DNA of 64,000 nt, from contig OY782041.1 in NCBI GenBank assembly GCA_963677595.1, positions 1,088,001-1,152,000 of the forward strand, given 5' to 3'. The notes under the pieces were generated by a model that saw only the letters and a program-made list of their open reading frames with translations, made no database searches and was not told where the DNA came from. Of the stretch, positions 10,426 through 19,345 are shown piece after piece. How positions within the stretch are numbered: position 1 is the first letter of the stretch; each line of letters opens with the position of its first letter. The position numbers were made by a program, and so were the translations under genes. The DNA is from Spirochaetia bacterium (GTDB taxonomy: Bacteria; Spirochaetota; Spirochaetia; CAKZLE01).

Positions 10426-10499
10426 TCCGTACGCTTTTACGTACGTAGATAGTATCATATTGAATTCATCTTGTCCAGTGATTCGATCAAGCGTACGGA
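10426..10499 (-). promoter_or_regulatory. yefM-yoeB promoter and operator
   Basis: TGGACA-17-TACTAT (10477-10449); CGTACG palindromes at 10428 and 10440, third copy at 10492. Confidence 0.65.
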
Positions 10500-10593
10500 A
10501 AGCTGCTCAGGCATCATGCATAGGGATATTGAATGTGCCGATTTTACGATCAATCATCTGCGTGAGGTCTACACCGTAGTATCCTTGGCATCC

Positions 10594-10668
10594 CATTCGG
10601 TTAAATTCTCTCATTCCATTCGGTCATATTATCTGTTTCCATTCGGTTAGATTCTCTCTTACGGAACA
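10594..10668. repeat. Array A' : 3 x 23-bp units plus tail; direct repeat of 12009-12083
   Basis: CATTCGG at 10594, 10617, 10640; 7 mismatches in 75 nt against 12009-12083 (counted by hand). Confidence 0.92.
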
Positions 10669-10669
10669 A

Positions 10670-11935
10670 TCACGGTCTCAATGCCGTGATCGGTACCACG
10701 CAGACACCATCTGGTCTGCGGTAGGCTGCGCTTGAGAGGCCGCAGATCACACAAAGAGTAGTTGCCGGACGTTCGAATCTCTTGTTTATGTCCAGGAGCT
10801 TTGCAGCAGCCTCGTCAATCTGGTTCGCCCCCAATTTGATCTCAAAGGCGGACCAGCTTCCATCCGGAAGTTCTACAACCGCATCGATCTCATTATTCTT
10901 GTAGTCCTGGTAATGCAGGAGATTGGCACCGAAAGATTGCGCATAGATCCGGAGATCCCGTTCACATAAAGCCTCGAATAGAAATCCAAACGTCCTCAGA
11001 TCCCCGATCAATCTTCTTTCATCAGTGATGCCCAACAGCGAACATGCAAAAGATGGATCGACGAGATGGCGTTTCTCTGCCTGCTTGATGCGAAGGGAGG
11101 AACGTAAGGCAGCCGCAAATGGTTTCTGGTTCTCGATGATGAACAGCTTCCCTAAGATATTGAGGTACGCAGCGATGGTATCCTCATCGATGGTTAAATG
11201 CTCAACTCCTTTCATGTCACTCTTCAGACGTCTCATGGATGCTGTAGTACTCTCGTTCCGTGCAAGAGAGCGAAGCAGAAGACGCATCTTCGCCTCATCA
11301 CGCACATTGTCATCTACTTTGGCGATATCATTAGTCACCACATTCTCTAAGTACTGTGCTGGGACCTTACAGGCATCTTCCGTCGATAAGCCCAGGCTGC
11401 CGGGCCAGCCTCCCCTCAGGATATAGGATGCCAAAGCTTGAAGACTCACTTCGCCAGTCATGCTGTTCTCAAGCGTACCGGCACATAGCTCTTGCAAGGA
11501 TATGTTTCCAGCGGAATCTCCCGACTCGAACAACGACATAGGCATCATGCGCAGTCGTGCTATACGACCAGTACCACTATGCATGACCCCCTTGTGTGCA
11601 GGGGTGGCGCTGCCGGTAAGGATGAACTGTCCCTTCAAGGTGCTCTTATCGACGGTGAACCTTACCGCATCCCAGAGCGACGGCACTTCCTGCCATTCAT
11701 CAATCAGACGAGGCTGCGTACCTGTAAGAGCCATAGACGGATCTATCTGTGCGAGCTGCCTGTTCTGAAAATTTCTATATGGGTCTTCGACAAAGAACTC
11801 ACTTTGAGCATGCTTCTGCCCAGTCCAGGTCTTCCCGCACCACTTTGGGCCCTCAATGCAGACTGCCCCGAATACCCTGAGGTACTGCTCGATTGCCGTG
11901 TCTATGACACGTGGTCTATAGAAACTAGTGTCCAT
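10670..11935 (-). CDS. AAA_14 ATPase with C-terminal DUF4143 (copy 1)
   Basis: Walker A GPKWCGKT, Walker B LIDEWQ, FILTGSA, GGWP, EIDAVV...AFEIKLG (PD-(D/E)XK-like); ATG 11935 follows AGGAG. Confidence 0.9.
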   Translation of the reverse strand: MDTSFYRPRVIDTAIEQYLRVFGAVCIEGPKWCGKTWTGQKHAQSEFFVEDPYRNFQNRQLAQIDPSMALTGTQPRLIDEWQEVPSLWDAVRFTVDKSTLKGQFILTGSATPAHKGVMHSGTGRIARLRMMPMSLFESGDSAGNISLQELCAGTLENSMTGEVSLQALASYILRGGWPGSLGLSTEDACKVPAQYLENVVTNDIAKVDDNVRDEAKMRLLLRSLARNESTTASMRRLKSDMKGVEHLTIDEDTIAAYLNILGKLFIIENQKPFAAALRSSLRIKQAEKRHLVDPSFACSLLGITDERRLIGDLRTFGFLFEALCERDLRIYAQSFGANLLHYQDYKNNEIDAVVELPDGSWSAFEIKLGANQIDEAAAKLLDINKRFERPATTLCVICGLSSAAYRRPDGVCVVPITALRP

Positions 11936-11953
11936 GTACATGCTCCTACACAA

Positions 11954-11982
11954 AGAGTACTACAAAAGATTTGCATAAGCAA
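11954..11982 (-). promoter_or_regulatory. Candidate sigma70 promoter of ATPase copy 1
   Basis: TTGCTT-17-TACTCT. Confidence 0.5.
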
Positions 11983-11985
11983 TGG

Positions 11986-12083
11986 TATTCGGTTAAATTC
12001 CCCGATTTCATTCGGTTAAATTCTCTCATTTCAATCGGGCATATTCTCTGTTTTCATTCGGTTATATTCTCTCTAACGGAACA
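11986..12083. repeat. Array A: 4 x 23-bp tandem units (consensus CATTCGGTTAAATTCTCTCATTT)
   Basis: Units start at 11986, 12009, 12032, 12055. Confidence 0.92.
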
Positions 12084-12086
12084 TCT

Positions 12087-12968
12087 CTACAGCTTGCTGC
12101 GTGACAGCTTGAGGACACTGAGCAGGTAGAACAGGACCGCGAAGGCAACGAGGTACAACACCATGATTGGGTTGCCCAGCTCTTTGTCCCCAACGTGTAC
12201 GGAGAGCCCGTACAGGTTGGCATACTGGTCATAGGCTTCCTGCGGTGCATTGGCAAACACTTTCTCTATGGCCCCGCTCATATAGATCCTGCGAATCAGG
12301 ACGACGCTGGAGGAGGTGGGCAGCAGGTTCATCACGGCCTGCAGCCCTTCGCCCAGGACGCCGATGGGAATGTAGATGCCTCCCAGGAAGCCTATGAAAG
12401 TCCCCACAAGGGTACTGAGGAGGCCGAAGGCATTCTGGCTCCTCATGAACAGGCTGATGAAATAGAACATGCTGCTGAAGCTCACGATTGATAGACTGTA
12501 CAGGCCGACCAGCTTCAGGAGGACCTGAAGGGGGAAGAACTCCCCGCCGTTTGACAGCACATAGACCAGCCCCACTACCAGGTTCAGGCTCACCATGATG
12601 ATGGAGATGATCCATGTGCTCATCAGGTAGCTCAGGGCCAGGATGTTACGGTTGATGGGAGAGGTATAGAAATCGATGATCCTGCCTGATTCCCGGTCCT
12701 TGATCATGGTCCCCAGTGAGGCAAGGGGTACGGTCACCGTTGATACCGTCAGGATCCCCGCCATGATCCAGCTGCTCGTGAGCCAGTCGATCCCGGGGAC
12801 CGCCCCGAAGGACTGGCTCAGGTCGTTCGTCTGCATCTTTCCCAGGAACAGGATATACATCAGGATGATGATGATCACTGCAAGGAAGCTGAAGAAGACC
12901 GATGCCCGGTCACGGAAGAACAGAAGGGAATTGCGTTTGATCAACTGCAGCAAGGTCTTCATCTTCAT
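12087..12968 (-). CDS. ABC-2 type exporter permease
   Basis: Six hydrophobic segments; RNSLLFFRDR, GGIYIP; 4-nt overlap with ATPase gene. Confidence 0.88.
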   Translation of the reverse strand: MKMKTLLQLIKRNSLLFFRDRASVFFSFLAVIIIILMYILFLGKMQTNDLSQSFGAVPGIDWLTSSWIMAGILTVSTVTVPLASLGTMIKDRESGRIIDFYTSPINRNILALSYLMSTWIISIIMVSLNLVVGLVYVLSNGGEFFPLQVLLKLVGLYSLSIVSFSSMFYFISLFMRSQNAFGLLSTLVGTFIGFLGGIYIPIGVLGEGLQAVMNLLPTSSSVVLIRRIYMSGAIEKVFANAPQEAYDQYANLYGLSVHVGDKELGNPIMVLYLVAFAVLFYLLSVLKLSRSKL

Positions 12969-13870
12969 CTCTCCAGGTCCCTGCCGGTGATGTTCAGGAA
13001 CACATCATCCATAGAACCTTTCAGTATCTCGAACTCCCCTATCAAAGACTTGTACCTGTTCACGAGTCCCACCCCCTCGAAGGAATCCTTCAATGGTATG
13101 TTTACCGTCTCATTGACGGTGAAGTATTCCCTTCCATCCTGCTTCAGGGCTGCTTCCAGCTCCGGGGAAGGAGAGACCTTCAGCCGGTCAAAGGAGTACC
13201 GGCTTCTGAGCTCCTCACTCGAACCTACCGCCATGATCTCCCCCCGGTCGATGATCACCACCTTCCGGGCGTCGTGGACCTCCTGCATATAGTGGGTTGT
13301 CAGGAAGATCGTGATCTTCTTCTCGTTCCTCAACCGGTTGATCAAGGTCCAGATATCATTCCGGCTCTTGGGGTCGAGCCCGGTCGTGGGCTCATCCAGG
13401 ATCAGGATCTCAGGCCAGTTCAACAGGGCCCGGGCGATATCGGCCTTACGTCGCTGCCCTCCCGAGAGCCTGCCGTATCGCCGGTGGTAGAAGGGCTTGA
13501 TCTCGAGCAGGAAGTTGATCTCCTCCACCCGCTGGTCGACCTCATGCCCATGGAGGCCGTAGAAGGACCCCCGTATATGGAGGTTCTCGCGTACGGACAA
13601 CAGGTCATCCAGCACGGAATTCTGGAAGACCACCCCGATCGAGTCCCTGATGGCATCATCTTCCTTCCCCAGTTCTTTCCCGTTCACCAGGATGTGCCCG
13701 GAATCGTAGTCGAGCAGGGTCGAGAGTATGTTGATCGTCGTGCTCTTACCGGCACCGTTCGGGCCCAGGAAGGCAAAGAAGGAGTTCTTCTCCACGGTGA
13801 AACTGATCCCCTTCACCGCTTCCACCTTATCGTACCGTTTGACCAGGTCCTTGACTTCAATGCAGTTCAT
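12965..13870 (-). CDS. ABC exporter ATP-binding protein
   Basis: GPNGAGKST, LSGGQ, ILDEPTTGLDP, TTHY; start may be 13894. Confidence 0.93.
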   Translation of the reverse strand: MNCIEVKDLVKRYDKVEAVKGISFTVEKNSFFAFLGPNGAGKSTTINILSTLLDYDSGHILVNGKELGKEDDAIRDSIGVVFQNSVLDDLLSVRENLHIRGSFYGLHGHEVDQRVEEINFLLEIKPFYHRRYGRLSGGQRRKADIARALLNWPEILILDEPTTGLDPKSRNDIWTLINRLRNEKKITIFLTTHYMQEVHDARKVVIIDRGEIMAVGSSEELRSRYSFDRLKVSPSPELEAALKQDGREYFTVNETVNIPLKDSFEGVGLVNRYKSLIGEFEILKGSMDDVFLNITGRDLER

Positions 13871-14057
13871 AGTAGGTATTATACCCGCATTCATGCAGGT
13901 ATTGTACTATTTATCATGAATTATCTTGTATGAGGCAGCTCCCGTCACTCATTGATGATCCCATACCCGGGGTCCCAGCACGGGGATAGGGGTCATGGGT
14001 GTACGCAAGATCCTGGTTGCACGACCTCCCGATATACTCTAAGATTGAACCAGTCAC

Positions 14058-15212
14058 ATGCAGGCCGCATGGGTGAGAGCATACGACGGATGGAGACTGA
14101 CAGTGGAACACCGTACTGATTCGCGATGGGTACATACATTCAAACGAAAATATTCCGTGAAAGAGAGGATCTTCCTCTACTATATGCTGTTCTTCGCCAG
14201 CCTGGCGGTGCTGACGATCATCACCAACATACTCTTTGGCCTGGATTTCTCCTTCAACTACAAGTGGCTGGGTCTTGCCGCATTCTGTGTGGTCATGGGG
14301 ATCCTTGCCCTCAAGGGGATCAGGACGTCCCAGGTCCATCGCCTGGGCACCTACGCGATAGCCCTCGTGATCCTCCCGCTCTCATGGCTGAGCAGCTCCG
14401 GATTAGTGTCACCGAGCATCATCTACTCGCTCGTGATCATGCTGCTGATCAACTTCCTCCTGGAAGGGACAGAACGGCTCATCATGAATGGCCTGTTCCT
14501 GGTCCTTCATATGGGGCTGATCACCCTGTATCGGTACCAGCCCGAGCTGTTCAAGCCGATGACCGCGCAGGAGCAGTTCATCGACTGGATGATCAATGTG
14601 CCCATCATCTTCGCGTTCATCGCGCTGCTGCTGATCGTCTTCGAACGGGCGTATGAGCGGGAGCGGGTCCAGGGTCTGGACAAGACCAGGAGACTGGAGG
14701 TCCTGTCTAACACGGACCCACTGACCGGCCTTGCCAACAGGCTGAACCTGATGGATGACATCGAGACGCGGTTACAGGATGCGAAGCAGCATGGGACACG
14801 CTTCTCCCTCATCATCCTCGATATTGACTTCTTCAAGCGCTTCAATGACACCTACGGCCACCTGCAGGGTGATATATGCCTGAAGCAGGTCAGCGGTATC
14901 CTGCAGGACGCTGCCCGGCAGGGGGATAGGAAGGCTTACCGCTTCGGAGGGGAGGAGTTCCTCATCCTCCTGCCGGGAACCGACCTGGCCGGGGCGAAGG
15001 TGTTCGCACAGCAGGTGAGGGAGATCATCAGGGATGCCGCCATCCCCAATGAGCATTCGGAAGTCTCATCGATCATCACCGTCAGCATGGGCATAGCCTC
15101 CTCAAGCCCGGGTATCGACGGGGTCACCCTCTTGCGTCAGGCAGATACCGCATTGTACAGCGCGAAATCTGCCGGGAGGGATGGTATCGTCTGCTTTGAT
15201 CCCGAAACCTGA
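14058..15212 (+). CDS. Membrane-bound diguanylate cyclase (GGDEF)
   Basis: N-terminal TM helices; TDPLTGLANR, DIDFFK, RFGGEEF; start may be GTG 14103. Confidence 0.9.
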   Translation: MQAAWVRAYDGWRLTVEHRTDSRWVHTFKRKYSVKERIFLYYMLFFASLAVLTIITNILFGLDFSFNYKWLGLAAFCVVMGILALKGIRTSQVHRLGTYAIALVILPLSWLSSSGLVSPSIIYSLVIMLLINFLLEGTERLIMNGLFLVLHMGLITLYRYQPELFKPMTAQEQFIDWMINVPIIFAFIALLLIVFERAYERERVQGLDKTRRLEVLSNTDPLTGLANRLNLMDDIETRLQDAKQHGTRFSLIILDIDFFKRFNDTYGHLQGDICLKQVSGILQDAARQGDRKAYRFGGEEFLILLPGTDLAGAKVFAQQVREIIRDAAIPNEHSEVSSIITVSMGIASSSPGIDGVTLLRQADTALYSAKSAGRDGIVCFDPET

Positions 15213-16016
15213 TCAGTAAGGAGTATCAAACAGGTTTAGCGTATCCAGGAATGACCTGAAGTTCACGATCATAGAGGCTCTCTCCCGGCTGAACATGAGG
15301 TGCCCGACATCTTTCTGCTTATTCACAAGATCCACTTCAGATGACCGAAGCTCCAGAGCCTTCTTTAGTTCCTGTCCGTCATGTATCCCATGCCGTATAC
15401 TGAGGAATCGGTAATCCGGTCTTGTCTGCCCCAGGAGGAACATCACATCATAGAAGTCCCTTCCCTTCCCACGATCCAAAAGAGCCGATATCTTCATGGC
15501 ACAGAGAGTTTCGTCAGGCGGTACGGGTATCGGAAAGAAGAACCCGCAACTCTGCACGAAAGCCGGTACCGTCTGGTACGGGATTCCCTGATCCTCCATC
15601 TCGACTTTTATAAGAAACCTCTCATTCCTGTACCCGCTCAGCTGCAGCCCGAACAGCAGCTGAGGGAAATAGAGGGACCTCCTGAACGCCGTAAGGCCAT
15701 CATGCTCCCGCTCTTTCGGCTCAACCTCATAGCCCAGATAGCCAAGATGCCTCACTACCCCGTCAGTCATGGCGAGAAAATCATCTTTCGACATCCCCTT
15801 GCAGTCGAAGTCAAGGTCTTCAGAAAACCTTTCAATTCGCTTGATCAACCGGAGATTTGTTCCCCCGATGAATGAGAGACGTGAGATAAACGGAGAGTTC
15901 GAGAGGTACTCAAGGATCTGGCACTGGATATACTCCTTGAGCATCAACTTCTGGAAACCTGTATCATCCCTGATTGAAGCAGGGAAGAAATTCTTGATGG
16001 CAGCTATCTCGATCAT
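15213..16016 (-). CDS. abiEii: AbiEii/AbiGii nucleotidyltransferase toxin (type IV TA)
   Basis: FIGGTNLR, RFSEDLDF, K..ALLDR.KGRDFYD. Confidence 0.9.
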   Translation of the reverse strand: MIEIAAIKNFFPASIRDDTGFQKLMLKEYIQCQILEYLSNSPFISRLSFIGGTNLRLIKRIERFSEDLDFDCKGMSKDDFLAMTDGVVRHLGYLGYEVEPKEREHDGLTAFRRSLYFPQLLFGLQLSGYRNERFLIKVEMEDQGIPYQTVPAFVQSCGFFFPIPVPPDETLCAMKISALLDRGKGRDFYDVMFLLGQTRPDYRFLSIRHGIHDGQELKKALELRSSEVDLVNKQKDVGHLMFSRERASMIVNFRSFLDTLNLFDTPY

Positions 16017-16651
16017 AGGTATACCTCCTTCATCATTGACAGCCTCCGCCTGAGGCTGTCTGACCCGAACCTGGTAAGATATGCCTCTAAACGCTCAGCA
16101 TCAAGCTCGTCCTGCATGAAATCAACATCAAAACGCAGCTCCTGCATATCAGCTTCACTACGGAAGTGCGGATTCAGGTACAGGAAGTCAAGAATCGCCT
16201 TCTCTGGGGTTGCCAGCATGATACTCCACCCCTTGGTACGAGCGGAAGGCTCAATGGTATACCCGAACATCAATTCTGGTTTGACGGACCGGTAGACGAA
16301 CTCCCCGAGATCGTTGTGGAAGCTCTTCGTCTTCCTTGCCGTCACGCTGGTAACAGGGATGACGGCTTCCGGGATGATCCCGAAATAGGAGAGGGCTTTT
16401 TCAAGGCTGATATACGAGGGAGCATATATCTTGTTGGCAGCAAAGAAGGGAGTATCACCATTCTGCTTATGGGCAGGGAACATATAGAACCCCTGCCGGA
16501 GCCTGATGATCTTTCCCTGCCGCTCCCAGCGCCCGAGATTGTTCCTGTCGAACCCTTCATTCCATACCCGTACCTGGTGGATGGAGAAACAGCCGAGAGG
16601 AAAGAAGAAATCCCTGAATTCGAGAAACGAAATATTCTTTTTCATTTCCAT
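16013..16651 (-). CDS. abiEi: AbiEi-like antitoxin / transcriptional regulator
   Basis: IIRLRQGFY, PSYISLEKALSYFGIIPE, ATPEKAILD; ATGA overlap with toxin. Confidence 0.85.
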   Translation of the reverse strand: MEMKKNISFLEFRDFFFPLGCFSIHQVRVWNEGFDRNNLGRWERQGKIIRLRQGFYMFPAHKQNGDTPFFAANKIYAPSYISLEKALSYFGIIPEAVIPVTSVTARKTKSFHNDLGEFVYRSVKPELMFGYTIEPSARTKGWSIMLATPEKAILDFLYLNPHFRSEADMQELRFDVDFMQDELDAERLEAYLTRFGSDSLRRRLSMMKEVYL

Positions 16652-16680
16652 AATACGTCAATTATACAGCATTATGGAAA
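16645..16680. promoter_or_regulatory. Inverted repeat, candidate AbiEi operator
   Basis: TTTCCATAAT-N16-ATTATGGAAA, overlapping the start codon. Confidence 0.6.
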
Positions 16681-16704
16681 TATAACAAGTATTCTACAGG
16701 CGAT

Positions 16705-16734
16705 ATGGTCAGGAGGAAAGCATCCTCCAACCAT
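16705..16734 (-). terminator. Hairpin directly after ATPase copy 2
   Basis: GGAGGA/TCCTCC core with ATGGT/ACCAT outer stem; no clear U tract. Confidence 0.35.
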
Positions 16735-16737
16735 GTC

Positions 16738-18015
16738 TTAATCCCTCAATGCCGTGATTGGTATCACATAAACACCATCGGGTCGGAGGTAGGAGGCGTT
16801 GGTAAGACCGCAGATCACTCCAAGAACCGTCGGAGGCTTCCCCTTCGGATCGCTTTCGATTCCAGACTTGATCTTCAACAGGCTCTTTGCTGCATCATCC
16901 ACTTGGTTTGCACCAAGTTTGATCTCAAAGGCACCCCATCTGCCATCCGGCAGCTCCACGACAGCATCGATCTCATTGCCCTGGTAATCCTGGTAATGGT
17001 ACAACTTTGCATCATTGGCTTCTGCATAAATCTTCAGGTCACGCTCACAGAGTGCCTCAAACAGAAATCCCAAGGTCTCCAGGTCTGAGAGCAGGGCCTC
17101 TTCCGTTGTCCCCAACAGGGCACACGCCAGGGATGGATCGCAAAAATGATGTTTGACTGATTGTTTCACACGTACCGAAGAGCGTATACGCGGACTGAAA
17201 GGCAGCTGGTTATCAAGGAGGAAGAGTCGCTCAAACACATTCAGGTACTCAGCTACCGTTTCCACATCTATATCATCATCGTCTATTTCCTTAATATCAT
17301 GCTTCAGGGTCCTGTTCGTGGCTGTGGTACTTTCGTTCCTTGCAAGGGACCGTAACAACAGACGTACCTTCTGCAGGTTCCGCGAACGTCCATCTACCCT
17401 ATTGATATCTCTCTCTATGACTGCCTCTATATATTGCTTTGGCAGCAATCGTGCTAACTCAGGATCCATGCCAATGTTCTCCGGCCATCCCCCACGAATA
17501 ATGAGCCGGATGATCTCCCGAAGATCAACATCCCCGGTAAATACTGATCTGGCACTTTCTGCAAATATATCCTTAAGGGAAACGGAACCCGAAGAGACCC
17601 CCATCTCATAGAGAGACATGGGGCTCATGCGCAATCTGGCGATTCGTCCTGCCCCGCTGTGAAGAATACCGTAATCCGTTGGAGCAGAAGACCCAGTAAG
17701 GATGAACTGCCCCGGTTCTCCCCGTTCATCAACCGCATAACGAACAGCATCCCAGATTGACGGGACTTCCTGCCATTCATCGAGCAACCGGGGAGTATCA
17801 CCATCTAGGATGAGGTAAGAATCCAGCAATGCCAATCTGCGATTGCTGAAATTGCCTACTGGTGCTCCAACATAGAAACTACTATTGCTATGGTGCAATG
17901 AGGTCATGGTCTTCCCACACCATTTAGGCCCTTCGATGCAGACAGCTCCAAACGCCCTGAGGTAGGTAGTTACCTTGTTGTCAATCAGTCGCGGCAGATA
18001 TTTCTTTCCATCCAT
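16738..18015 (-). CDS. AAA_14 ATPase with C-terminal DUF4143 (copy 2)
   Basis: GPKWCGKT, LLDEWQ, FILTGSS, LLLRSLARNEST, EIDAVV...AFEIKLG; clear paralogue of 10670-11935. Confidence 0.9.
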   Translation of the reverse strand: MDGKKYLPRLIDNKVTTYLRAFGAVCIEGPKWCGKTMTSLHHSNSSFYVGAPVGNFSNRRLALLDSYLILDGDTPRLLDEWQEVPSIWDAVRYAVDERGEPGQFILTGSSAPTDYGILHSGAGRIARLRMSPMSLYEMGVSSGSVSLKDIFAESARSVFTGDVDLREIIRLIIRGGWPENIGMDPELARLLPKQYIEAVIERDINRVDGRSRNLQKVRLLLRSLARNESTTATNRTLKHDIKEIDDDDIDVETVAEYLNVFERLFLLDNQLPFSPRIRSSVRVKQSVKHHFCDPSLACALLGTTEEALLSDLETLGFLFEALCERDLKIYAEANDAKLYHYQDYQGNEIDAVVELPDGRWGAFEIKLGANQVDDAAKSLLKIKSGIESDPKGKPPTVLGVICGLTNASYLRPDGVYVIPITALRD

Positions 18016-18035
18016 ATATCTTTTCCTTATAGAAA

Positions 18036-18064
18036 ATTATATCACAATAAAAATTCTAGTACAA
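18036..18064 (-). promoter_or_regulatory. Sigma70 promoter of ATPase copy 2
   Basis: TTGTAC-17-TATAAT with extended TG. Confidence 0.7.
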
Positions 18065-18070
18065 GCCACT

Positions 18071-18214
18071 ACCCGACAGATTCATTAACTTCAATCCGAC
18101 AGATTCATTAACTTCAATCCGACAGATTCTTTAACTTCAACCCGACAGATTCTTTAACTTCAACCCGACAGATTCTTTAACTTCAACCCGACAGATTCAC
18201 TAATCTCAACCCGA
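18071..18214. repeat. Array B: 6 full + 1 partial 23-bp tandem units (ACCCGACAGATTCTTTAACTTCA)
   Basis: Units at 18071, 18094, 18117, 18140, 18163, 18186, 18209 (partial); no spacers. Confidence 0.97.
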
Positions 18215-18222
18215 TAATAGCA

Positions 18223-19332
18223 TCACCCAAGAAGGTACTGCAGATTCAACTGGTAGGATACCGAACGACCTCTTGCATCACTCTGTGTCAGCACCTGCTT
18301 GAAAACCAGATCTGCAAGATCACGTTTTGCTGTTTCCCGGCTGGTCTTAGTAATCGAGACGTAATTCCTGTTTGTCAGTCCACCGGTATACGGTTCAGGA
18401 TAGATATCGATCAGTTTCCTGATCACTTTCTGCTGTCTCTCATTCAATGAAAGACTGTTGATCCGTGCATACATCCTTGCAACGTGTTCAACACGCAGGA
18501 ATACCTTCTGAGATGCATCGATCGCGCTGCTCATCATATCAATGAAAAAGACGATCCAATCAGTGACATCAAGATCCCCTTGCTGCATGCTTTCCAGCAC
18601 AGCATAATACTCCGTTCTCTGCTGCAGGATCGATTGAGACATCGCATATCCCCTTGTACCGGTATGCTCATCCTGAGCCAAGGCAAGATCGGAGAGTAAT
18701 CTTGCCAATCTGCCATTGCCATCTGAGAATGGGTGAATCGAAACGAACCAAAGATGCGCAAGGGCTGCCCTGATGATCCCATCTGGAACAGCATCCGGGG
18801 TATTCCACCACCTGAGAAACCGTTCCATCTCTTCGGGAACTCGTTCAGAGGGCGGGGCCTCATAATGGATGACTTCATGCTTCAATGACCCCGATATGAT
18901 CTGCATCTGTTCATGAATACCTCTCCACCAGCCAACGGTGACCCTATAAGGTCCGGAATAGCCCGTGGGGAACAGTGAAGCCTGCCAACTACACAACTTC
19001 TCCGATGTCAACGGTTGTCTAAACCCCTTCATGGCATCAAGTAATGCAGCCACGAACCCGTCTCCTTCCCGTGGGGAAGGAAGCCCTGCTGTTGGAAGAC
19101 CAAGCCTCCTAGCGATGGAAGACCTGATCGATAACGGATCCAACGGTTCATCCTCTATCAATGAGGAACTTACGATCTCATTCTCCAACAGGAATCCTTC
19201 TTCGCGGAGTCCCAAAGATGGTAAACGGGCAAGAAGATTCCCTTGTTTTCTCCGAACCTGTGAGAGGCTAGGGAGAATCCTCTCCGCATCCCAGGTAAAT
19301 CCCGGCCAAGCTTTTTGTTCCCATATATACAT
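18223..19332 (-). CDS. Fic-family protein (DUF4172 N-terminus, C-terminal HTH)
   Basis: MYIWEQKAWPGFTWD; Fic motif HPFSDGNGRLAR; SRETAKRDLADL. Confidence 0.92.
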   Translation of the reverse strand: MYIWEQKAWPGFTWDAERILPSLSQVRRKQGNLLARLPSLGLREEGFLLENEIVSSSLIEDEPLDPLSIRSSIARRLGLPTAGLPSPREGDGFVAALLDAMKGFRQPLTSEKLCSWQASLFPTGYSGPYRVTVGWWRGIHEQMQIISGSLKHEVIHYEAPPSERVPEEMERFLRWWNTPDAVPDGIIRAALAHLWFVSIHPFSDGNGRLARLLSDLALAQDEHTGTRGYAMSQSILQQRTEYYAVLESMQQGDLDVTDWIVFFIDMMSSAIDASQKVFLRVEHVARMYARINSLSLNERQQKVIRKLIDIYPEPYTGGLTNRNYVSITKTSRETAKRDLADLVFKQVLTQSDARGRSVSYQLNLQYLLG

Positions 19333-19345
19333 GCATGACTCCACC

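Noticed and set aside
10594-12083. Integron attC sites or IS ends
   Set aside because: Repeats are direct and periodic, lack the attC inverted core structure, and no integrase or transposase is present.
18071-18214. Possible CRISPR array
   Set aside because: Units are contiguous with no unique spacers, and no cas genes are in the window.
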